Shown here piece after piece: positions 28,013 to 35,776 of a DNA stretch of 64,000 bases; the first letter of the stretch is position 1, and the number at the start of each line of letters is the position of its first letter. The notes beneath the pieces were generated by a model. The model saw only the letters and a program-made list of their open reading frames with translations. It made no database searches and was not told the DNA's origin. Origin of the DNA: Dehalococcoidia bacterium (GTDB taxonomy: Bacteria > Chloroflexota > Dehalococcoidia > Lucifugimonadales > UBA1123). The position numbers were made by a program, and so were the translations under genes. Location: contig OY764155.1 of assembly GCA_963668275.2 (NCBI GenBank), forward strand, positions 224,642-288,641, in the 5' to 3' direction.

Positions 28013-28444
28013 GTCAGTCCCTCCAGATCAATTTTGACAATTCCTTTGGGCGCATTTGTCTCGGTGGTCTGAAAGAATTCGAGGAATGACAGTCCCGATG
28101 GGTCTGCGGGAATCGAAGCCGGGAACAGCTCTCCGTGGTACTTGAGCTTCTGGGCCAGTCGTTTGGGCCTCAGATCCAGGAGAACCGGGTCCAACGCCGA
28201 TCCATCAACGCCATCTTCTTCCCAGCAGGCATCGAAATCGCCCGGAAGCTCCTTGGACGTGACAAAGCTCCCGTCAATATAGACCGTTCGACAACCAGCG
28301 TTCCTCAGGCTCTCCAAGGCATCTCTCAGTCCACTCAGGAGAGACATCCTAGGGGGTATATCCGAACCTGGTGACCACTTCGTCCCACTCAGCCTCATGT
28401 ATTCCTGGCGGAAGCAACCCATCGGGAGTAAAATCTGGCAACAT
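28009..28444 (-). pseudogene. minimal nucleotidyltransferase-fold protein (DUF6932-like), interrupted by a 1-nt frameshift
   Basis: MLPDFTPDGLLPPGIHEAEWDEVVTRFGYTP-stop continues in the other frame as (P)RMSLLSGLRDALESL...VYIDGSFVTSKELPGDFDACWE (GS...DxD). The frame change sits at a C5 run near 28350. Confidence 0.65.
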
Positions 28445-28856
28445 ACCACAACAATAACGTTGGGCTAGGAAGTTGTCAACCGTAGTGTATGAGATGACTT
28501 CCAGGCATCCGGGACAGAAACATTCGCAACTCGAAAATCGTCCCTCTGGCCTAATAAGTCTTACCGCAGGAACCGACCGCGTCCGCTTCGACACTCACGA
28601 TGTCAGTTTCTTTGGATGGCATCTTTATGGGTCAGGCAAAATACACTCTCTTCGAGCGATTGGCCCAAAGTGGGTAGATGCTGGCAAGTTTAAGGACCAT
28701 GATCTGCTATGAGCGATCAGCTTGAGCAGGACCTTTTGCCCTATTTTGTCCCGCTTTTGTAGTTCGCACGTATTGCAGGTTCAACTAAGGATCATGGCCA
28801 ATTGCAGAGGCCAGCACTGTCATTGACCAAGCGATAGTCTAGGAGGGTAAACAACG

Positions 28857-29210
28857 ATGACACTTAGCGATAGTCCTAAGGGATGGCCGAGAAACAGTTC
28901 TACCGGACCTGGTGGCGGGCTTTCCACTGGACCTGGGGGTGGACTTTCTACTGGACCTGGTGGCGGGCTCTCCACTGGACCTGGTGGCGGGCTCTCCACT
29001 GGACCTGGTGGCGGGCTCTCCACTGGACCTGGTGGCGGACTCTCCACTGGACCTGGTGGCGGGCTCTCCACTGGACTTGGTGGCGGACTCTCCACAACTC
29101 CCCCCACGTACTTTAGCAACATACCGCCGAGACATACGTACTTGGAGTATTTACAGCAGTATGGTCATGAGGCTACATACAATCTCCTCAAAGAGGCATG
29201 GGGATTGTAA
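28857..29210 (+). CDS. glycine-rich octapeptide-repeat protein (GPGGGLST x8), hypothetical
   Basis: GGAGGG SD 8 nt upstream of the ATG favours the + strand over the antisense PPPGPVES ORF. Confidence 0.5.
   Translation: MTLSDSPKGWPRNSSTGPGGGLSTGPGGGLSTGPGGGLSTGPGGGLSTGPGGGLSTGPGGGLSTGPGGGLSTGLGGGLSTTPPTYFSNIPPRHTYLEYLQQYGHEATYNLLKEAWGL
28905..29096. repeat. 8 tandem copies of a 24-bp unit GGACCTGGTGGCGGGCTCTCCACT
   Basis: Near-identical head-to-tail units read directly in the sequence. Confidence 0.92.
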
Positions 29211-29272
29211 TTGTTCTCTTCCGTAGCTAAATTCTGTCCCCGTTGACATAAGACACATAGTGCGAACCCACC

Positions 29273-29761
29273 CTATTCTGAAGATAATCTCGCTTCGACC
29301 ATAGCCGGCAGCGTCCAGACGCCCTGCCGCCCATTTATCGTGACCGGATCCACCCGCCGCACATCCTGGAACACCCACATCCACCGGTCCACAGAAAAAT
29401 CGCCGTAGGGGTCTGTCTTTAAGACCGCCTCGTACTCCGGCGCATCGCCTAGCTCCCCGAACCCACGGCAGTTGACCAGTCCGTTCGAGTCCGGGTCGCT
29501 CACCACCTGCATACACTCGATCAGTCGGCCCGTCGCAACGACCGCGCCCATCGGCATCGAGTGAGAACTGCCGGCACGCTGGAGAACGACCCGCTGTACT
29601 TCGATGTTCCAGTCGGTGGGTCGAGGCTCGCGTTTTCCCGCGTGGATAGCTATGCGCTGGCCTATGAGGTTCCTGGGAGCTGCCCAGGAGCGGGTCTCGA
29701 TGTTCTTGAGTCCCCAGGCCATAAGCTGCGCCCAGGGTTGGTGAAGGGTCAAGGCTCTCAC
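29273..29761 (-). CDS. ASCH domain protein
   Basis: GTG start after a GGAGGGAGG SD. VRALTLHQPWAQLMAWGLKNIETRSW...IAIHAG is ASCH/PUA-like. Confidence 0.72.
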   Translation of the reverse strand: MRALTLHQPWAQLMAWGLKNIETRSWAAPRNLIGQRIAIHAGKREPRPTDWNIEVQRVVLQRAGSSHSMPMGAVVATGRLIECMQVVSDPDSNGLVNCRGFGELGDAPEYEAVLKTDPYGDFSVDRWMWVFQDVRRVDPVTINGRQGVWTLPAMVEARLSSE

Positions 29762-29994
29762 AGTTCCCACCTCCCTCCAAAGCTCCGAACACGTTCCTGC
29801 GGCGATGTTTCTCTTTAGAAAGAGCGAGGCCGACGAAGTGAAAGTTCGGCGGCCCCTGGACTGCGCCAACTATGGATGAAGGGCAGCTTGCGCTCTATCC
29901 TAGTCCGATTTTCTCCCAGACGCAACCGCGCGCCGCGCTACCGTCTTCCTCGACAGTCCCTTTCGTTGCTGAACTCTCCCGAATTCGTCGGCTC

Positions 29995-30255
29995 AGTCGG
30001 CTCTCAATTCACTACGCATTCGATCCCATGATTTGCTAAACTTATAGTATGAATCATACGACTTATACCCGGACAGGCATAAACGAGATGTTATCTATGG
30101 CAGATTTCTAGACTGGAAAAAATTCTCTTCTAGCTACAAATGCTGGTCAATGCAGGTCAAATGCAGGTGGAGGATTACTTGCATCGGCCACCAGCACATC
30201 ACCTGCAGAAGCCACCAGCAGAAAAGCAATTATTATAAATATGACTTTATGAATA
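29995..30255 (-). other. conserved non-coding hairpin module, divergent copy
   Basis: In reverse orientation it shares TCATAT+TATAAT-like box, a CAGGTG/CACCTG long hairpin, TTTGACCTG, TAGCTA..AATTTTTT, ATAGATAAC, TTTATG and TTTAGCA blocks with 60190-60420 and with the interior of both TIR elements. Confidence 0.45.
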
Positions 30256-30322
30256 GTATCAATTCAGCCTACTGAAGATACGAACGGTTAGTCAGCCAAG
30301 AAGCCCCCACGGAGTTGACGCC

Positions 30323-30913
30323 ATGACATTGAAAAAGACACTCATTGGAGTCGCAGTAATAGTCGTGATCGCGGGCGCGGCCTTCGCCTGGTGGCTGCTG
30401 TCCCCCCTCTTCCTCAGCAGCACCGTCGAGGAGGAGTTCCCCTTCTCCGCCACCGCCGATATGCCCGCCGGAATGACCCAGTCCGAGGCCGAGAAGGTCA
30501 TGTCCGGCATGGCCAAAGTGAATATGGAAGAGATGGAGGATATGCCCGGCGAAATGGCGCAGGCCGAACGGATCGCTTCCGGGATGTTCCGCGACGCCGA
30601 CAGCTTTCACAAGGGCAGCGGCTCGGCCACGATTTACAGGCTGCCCGACGGCAGCGGCGCGCTCCGCTTCGAGAACCTGAACGTAACCAACGGCCCCGAC
30701 CTCCGCGTTCTGCTGTCCACACATCCCGACCCGCAGAACAAGGCGGAGTTGCGGGACGCCGGGTATCTTCACGTGGAGAAGTTGAAGGGCAACCGCGGAA
30801 ATCAGAACTACGAGCTGCCGCCCGACGCCGACCTCGAATCCTTCGGCTCGGCCATCATCTACTGTATGCCGTTCAACGTCATCTTCAGCGTAGCCCCATT
30901 ACAGGAAGGCTGA
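30323..30913 (+). CDS. DM13 domain protein with N-terminal membrane anchor
   Basis: FHKGSGSATIYRLPDGSGALRFENLNVTNGPDLRVLLS is DM13-like. Confidence 0.78.
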   Translation: MTLKKTLIGVAVIVVIAGAAFAWWLLSPLFLSSTVEEEFPFSATADMPAGMTQSEAEKVMSGMAKVNMEEMEDMPGEMAQAERIASGMFRDADSFHKGSGSATIYRLPDGSGALRFENLNVTNGPDLRVLLSTHPDPQNKAELRDAGYLHVEKLKGNRGNQNYELPPDADLESFGSAIIYCMPFNVIFSVAPLQEG

Positions 30914-31074
30914 GCCTTCACCCTTATATTATACGGAAATCCGACGCGAAACAGTCCTAATTCGCGTCTCCACGCCTTGCGGGGCAGAGGTAGGCGCGAT
31001 GGTATAATAGCGTCAGGGAATCGGGCTTCTCGGATCCGCCGTCCAGTCTGAAATCCTCCCTATGGAGCGCAACC

Positions 31075-34000
31075 GTGTTCAGCCACCTCCACGTTCACAC
31101 CGAGTACTCGATGCTAGACGGCCTGAGCGGGCTGGATCCCCTCGTGGCCCGCGCCAAAGAGCTTGGCATGGACAGCCTGGCCATGACCGACCACGGCGGA
31201 ATGTACGGCGCGATAGACTTCTACCGCAAGGCCAAGTCCGAGGGCATCCGGCCCATCATCGGCTGCGAGATGTACGTCGCGCCGGGCAGCAGGCACGAGC
31301 GCAACCCCAACGAGCGAAGCCCCTACCACATGACCGTTCTCGCCAAGAACAACACGGGCTACCAGAACCTCGCCAAGCTCATAACCATGTCCCACCTCGA
31401 GGGCTTCTACTACAAGCCCCGCGTTGACCGCGAGATACTCGAACGCCACCACGAGGGCCTGATAGTCATGTCCGGCTGCCCGAGCGGCGAGGTCCCGACG
31501 CTCATAACCCAGGGCCGCATGGACGAAGCCCGCGCCACCGCCAGTTGGTACAGGGAGGTCTTCGGCGACTACTACCTGGAATTCATGCGTCACGGCGACG
31601 TTCCCGAACTGCCCCAGATAAACAACGGCCTTCTCGACATACGCCGCGACCTCGATATACCCGTCGTCGCCACCAACGACTCGCACTACGTCCACAAGCA
31701 TGAGGCGCGCCTCCAGGACATCCTCATCTGCATCCACACCAACACCAACGTCAACGACGAAAAACGCCTCCTCATGGCCGAGGACTCGTACTACCTGACA
31801 AGCCCGGACGAGATGGCTGAGCTATTCAGTGATCTGCCCGAAGCCGTCTCCAATACCCAGAAGATCGCCGAGATGTGCGACCTGGACATTGACTTCACCC
31901 AGCTCCGGCTGCCCCAGTACACCGTCCCCGACGGCGTCACCCCGTTCGAGTACCTGTCCAACATCTGCTGGGATGGCCTGAAGCGCCGGCTTCCCGACGC
32001 GGGAGAGGAAGAGAAGAAGCGCCTGGCTTACGAGCTTGAGGTCATCAGGCAGACGAGCTTCGACAACTACTTCCTGGTCGTCTGGGACATCGCCCGCTTC
32101 GTGCGCGAGAACGACATCTTCTTCGCGGTGCGCGGCAGCGCCGCCGCCAGCCTGACACTCTTCTGCCTGGGCGTAACCAACGTGAACCCGCTCCCGTACC
32201 GGCTCGTCTTCGAGCGTTTCCTCAACCTCGAGCGCAAGGAAATGCCCGACATTGACATGGACTTCCAGGACGACCGGCGCGAGGAGGTCATCAACTACGT
32301 CGTGCAGAAGTACGGGCGCGAACACGTCGCGCACATCATCACGTTCGGCACGCTGGGCGCGCGCGCCGCGATACGGGACGTGGGCCGCGCTCTCGGAATG
32401 ACCTACGGCGACGTGGACCGCGTCGCCCGCATGATTCCCACCAGGCTCGGCATCACGCTGGACGACGCCAAGTCCGACCCCGAATCCGAACTCGCCGAGG
32501 CCATTGAATCCGACGAGCGGATTCGTGAACTGGTGCAGACCGCCGAGGGACTGGAAGGGGTCACGCGCCACTCCAGCACCCACGCCGCCGGCGTCGTCAT
32601 ATCCCAGCAGCCCCTTGACGAGATAGTGCCGTTGCAGCGGCCCCAGAAGGCCGACGACAGCGGCTCGGTCGCCACCACGACGCAGTACGCGATGGAGCCG
32701 GTGGCCGCGCTCGGACTGCTCAAGCTGGACTTCCTCGGCCTCGTGAACCTGACTGTTCTCGCCAAGGCGCGCGACCTGATAGCGCAGAGGCACGGCATAC
32801 ACTTCGACCTGGTTGACATCCCTCTTGACGACGCCAAGACCTTCGATCTGCTCTCGCGCGGCGACACCGCGGGCGTGTTCCAGCTTGAGGGCGGCGGAAT
32901 GACGCGCTACATCAAGGAACTGAGGCCCAGCGCGCTTGCCGACGTAGCGGCCATGATCGCGCTCTACCGGCCAGGCCCTATGGAGCATATATCCACGTTC
33001 ATTGACGCCAAGCACGGGCGCGTTCCCGTCTCCTATCTCCACCCCGCTCTCGAGGAGATACTTGAAGAGACCTACGGCGTCATCGTGTACCAAGACCAGG
33101 TGCTTCACATAGCCAGGACATTCGCCGGGTACACGCTCGGCGAGGCGGACATCGTTCGCAAGGCGATGGGCAAGAAGATACCCGAGATAATGGCGCAGGA
33201 GAAGGAGAAGTTCATCGAGGGCGCGCTCGCCCAGGGCTTCGACCATGACTTGTCGGAGAAGGTCTTCTCACTCGTGGAGCCGTTCGCCGGATACGCCTTC
33301 AACAAGGCGCACAGCGTCAGCTACGGGCTTATCTCCTACTGGACCGCGTACCTTAAGGCGAACTACACCGCCGAGTACATGGTGTCCCTGCTCAACTCAT
33401 ACGTCGGACACAACGACCGCATCAATTCCGCCGTCGCCGAGTGCCAGCGCTTGAAGATCCCCGTTCTGCCGCCCAGCGTCAACAGGGGTCGCACCGAGTT
33501 CACGATAGAGACCGGGCCGGACGGCGGGGACACTATCCGGTTCGGAATGGGCGCGGTCAAGGGTGTCGGCGCGTCCGCGCTCGAAGCGGTCATAGAGTCC
33601 AGAGACCAGACCGGGCCTTTCGATTCCATCGAGCATATGTGCAGGGAAGCCAACATGGGCGGCGTCAATCGCAAGACGCTGGAGTCGCTCATAAAGGTGG
33701 GCGCGCTGGACGATTTCGGCGACCGCGCCGCGCTGCTGGAATCGGTGGAGCGGATAGTCGGCCTCGCCCAGAGCGAAGCCAGCCTGAAGAACTCCGACCA
33801 GTCCTCGATGTTCGATATGTTCGGCGAGTCCGTATCCGCGCCACTGGCGGATATAGCGCTCCCGAACATCACCGCGTCCGACCGCGAGCGGGACGAGTGG
33901 GAACGCGAACTGCTGGGAATGTCGCTGTCCAACATCAACATACTGGCGAGCCTGCTCACGGTCACGGACTCGGATCACATCGTGTTCAGAAGCGACATAC

Positions 34001-34797
34001 AGCCAGACATGGCCGGCAGGAAGGTCTCGCTGGTGGGGCAGATAGCCAACGTTACCCGGAGGTTCACCAGGCAGAACAAGCCCTTCGTCATCGCCACGCT
34101 CGGCCTGATGGATGGGCAGATCGAGGTCTTCGTGTGGGAAGACAAGCTGGAAGAGACGGATGGACTGTGGGAAGAGGGCAAGATAGTGGTCATCGGAGGC
34201 TCGGTGCGGACGCGCGAAGACGAGATCAGCGTAACCTGTTACGAAGCCGGGGAATACTCCCCGCCGGCGGATGATTCAGGCGCCGGCTCGGACGCCCGGC
34301 CAGTTTCGCCGACGAGTGAAACGCCCGGCTCGGCTGAACCAGACGCCCCAGATGTCGCCGTCAAGGAGAACGGGGCCGCTTACAATAACGGCCAGCCGGA
34401 TGCCCATGTTCCCGCCGCCGCCGCTGAGACCAACGGCGCTGTCGCGCTGCCCAGGGAGACCAACGGCGCGGCGTCCGCGCGCTCCGAGACAAACGGTCAC
34501 GCCAAGCCCGCCACCGGGCTGGCCCATTCCCAGGCGCAGGTTCCCCACAGGCTCAGCCTGAGAATCCGCGAGTCCGACAACGCGGTTGACGACCAGATGA
34601 TGCTCGACGACGTGAAGCGTAAACTACTTGACTACGAAGGCTCGGACGAGGTGATACTCGAAATTGTGTCGGGAGGCGCTATTTACCGGATGGAATGGTC
34701 ATCCATCCAGGTCTCCGTCTGCGACGAACTGACGGACGAACTGTCCGGCATACTCGAAGGGTCGGGGTCGGTTATGGTCGAGGACGTCAGAGCTTGA
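31075..34797 (+). CDS. dnaE: DNA polymerase III alpha subunit
   Basis: GTG start. FSHLHVHTEYSMLDG PHP domain, palm/fingers motifs, OB fold. 1240 aa with an extended C-terminal tail. Confidence 0.97.
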   Translation: MFSHLHVHTEYSMLDGLSGLDPLVARAKELGMDSLAMTDHGGMYGAIDFYRKAKSEGIRPIIGCEMYVAPGSRHERNPNERSPYHMTVLAKNNTGYQNLAKLITMSHLEGFYYKPRVDREILERHHEGLIVMSGCPSGEVPTLITQGRMDEARATASWYREVFGDYYLEFMRHGDVPELPQINNGLLDIRRDLDIPVVATNDSHYVHKHEARLQDILICIHTNTNVNDEKRLLMAEDSYYLTSPDEMAELFSDLPEAVSNTQKIAEMCDLDIDFTQLRLPQYTVPDGVTPFEYLSNICWDGLKRRLPDAGEEEKKRLAYELEVIRQTSFDNYFLVVWDIARFVRENDIFFAVRGSAAASLTLFCLGVTNVNPLPYRLVFERFLNLERKEMPDIDMDFQDDRREEVINYVVQKYGREHVAHIITFGTLGARAAIRDVGRALGMTYGDVDRVARMIPTRLGITLDDAKSDPESELAEAIESDERIRELVQTAEGLEGVTRHSSTHAAGVVISQQPLDEIVPLQRPQKADDSGSVATTTQYAMEPVAALGLLKLDFLGLVNLTVLAKARDLIAQRHGIHFDLVDIPLDDAKTFDLLSRGDTAGVFQLEGGGMTRYIKELRPSALADVAAMIALYRPGPMEHISTFIDAKHGRVPVSYLHPALEEILEETYGVIVYQDQVLHIARTFAGYTLGEADIVRKAMGKKIPEIMAQEKEKFIEGALAQGFDHDLSEKVFSLVEPFAGYAFNKAHSVSYGLISYWTAYLKANYTAEYMVSLLNSYVGHNDRINSAVAECQRLKIPVLPPSVNRGRTEFTIETGPDGGDTIRFGMGAVKGVGASALEAVIESRDQTGPFDSIEHMCREANMGGVNRKTLESLIKVGALDDFGDRAALLESVERIVGLAQSEASLKNSDQSSMFDMFGESVSAPLADIALPNITASDRERDEWERELLGMSLSNINILASLLTVTDSDHIVFRSDIQPDMAGRKVSLVGQIANVTRRFTRQNKPFVIATLGLMDGQIEVFVWEDKLEETDGLWEEGKIVVIGGSVRTREDEISVTCYEAGEYSPPADDSGAGSDARPVSPTSETPGSAEPDAPDVAVKENGAAYNNGQPDAHVPAAAAETNGAVALPRETNGAASARSETNGHAKPATGLAHSQAQVPHRLSLRIRESDNAVDDQMMLDDVKRKLLDYEGSDEVILEIVSGGAIYRMEWSSIQVSVCDELTDELSGILEGSGSVMVEDVRA

Positions 34798-35024
34798 GGT
34801 GGGTGACGCTGACTACGGCCCCCGACCAACTGGCGGCGGAGATGTGGAGCGAACTGCTGAACCGGCATGGGATTCCCACTCTCGTCCGCGCGGGCGATAC
34901 GTCGTCGTTTCTCGGCGTGTCCGCGTACCCGTGTCGGATTCTGGTGGACGACGAATATCTGGACGAGGCGCGCCGGTTTCTGAAGGACGAACTTGGCGTC
35001 GCAACGGATGGGTCTGAATCCTGA
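34794..35024 (+). CDS. DUF2007-like small protein
   Basis: TTG/GTG start overlapping the dnaE stop. WVTLTTAPDQLAAEMWSELLNRHGIPTLVR...CRILVDDEYLDEARRFL. Confidence 0.5.
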   Translation: MRWVTLTTAPDQLAAEMWSELLNRHGIPTLVRAGDTSSFLGVSAYPCRILVDDEYLDEARRFLKDELGVATDGSES

Positions 35025-35089
35025 CCCTCAGAGCAACCGACGTCCCAGTTGTGTACGGTCATTCCCGCTTGGTGGGAACCGCGCGTTTT

Positions 35090-35129
35090 CACCCTCACCC
35101 TAGCCCTCTCCCATCAAGGGAGAGGGGAT
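35090..35129. repeat. REP-like hairpin type 1 (CACCCTCACCCTAGCC-CTCTCCC-loop-GGGAGAG-GGGAT)
   Basis: Read directly; intergenic between convergent genes. Confidence 0.85.
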
Positions 35130-35191
35130 GATAGAAGCGCTCCTACGTCCTGACAGGGGAATCTACTATCTACTGAGAATCCGCGAACTGT

Positions 35192-35671
35192 TCAGATCAG
35201 CCTGCGGTTTGCGCCTTCGAGTTCGAGAAGCCGACGCTTCAGTTCGATGCGGGTGTCGCCGCTTCCGAATCCGCGCAGGCTGCCGTCGCTTCCAATGACC
35301 CGGTGGCAGGGAACTATTATAGGGATGCGGTTCCTGGCCATCGTCTGGCCCGCGGCCCTGGGCGCGTTCGGGCTTCCCGCCATCTTCGCCAGCCACTTGT
35401 AGGTGCGCGTCTCTCCGCGCGGGATAGCGCGGCACGCCTGCCACGCCCTGCGCTGGAAGTCGGGCGCGTCCTCGACGTCAAGCGCGACATCGCCGAACTC
35501 TATGTCGCCCCCGTCGAAGTATTGTAGCAGCCTATTACGCAACTCCGCAAATCTGACGGGATCGGAAATCGCGTCGGACGAATCTAGGCCAAGCCGCGAG
35601 ACGCACTCCGCTTCGGAGTCTTCGGGCAGGGCGCTTCGCAGAAGTCCGTTCTCAGAGGCCAGCAACCCCAT
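35192..35671 (-). CDS. ogt: methylated-DNA--protein-cysteine methyltransferase
   Basis: IPIIVPCHRVIGSDGSLRGFGSG active-site motif. Confidence 0.9.
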   Translation of the reverse strand: MGLLASENGLLRSALPEDSEAECVSRLGLDSSDAISDPVRFAELRNRLLQYFDGGDIEFGDVALDVEDAPDFQRRAWQACRAIPRGETRTYKWLAKMAGSPNAPRAAGQTMARNRIPIIVPCHRVIGSDGSLRGFGSGDTRIELKRRLLELEGANRRLI

Positions 35672-35714
35672 CCAGCCGAACGGAGTCTCGAATATGTCGT
35701 AGTAGATTGTAGTT

Positions 35715-35754
35715 CACCCTCACCCTAGCCCTCTCCCATCAAGGGAGAGGGGAT
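35715..35754. repeat. REP-like hairpin type 1
   Basis: Identical core to 35090. Shares the ATTGTAGTT leader with the 39575 copy. Confidence 0.85.
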
Positions 35755-35776
35755 TTTCGATGATAGTATCTCGCGC

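Noticed and set aside
28905-29096. Possible CRISPR array
   Set aside because: The 24-bp units are directly abutting with no spacers and lie in an open reading frame. This is a tandem repeat, not a CRISPR array.
28820-29122. Minus-strand ORF (PPPGPVES repeats) as the coding strand of the tandem repeat
   Set aside because: It has no SD-like sequence and its start lies inside the repeat-flanking region. The plus-strand ORF has a strong SD. This remains possible, so confidence in the plus-strand call is only 0.5.
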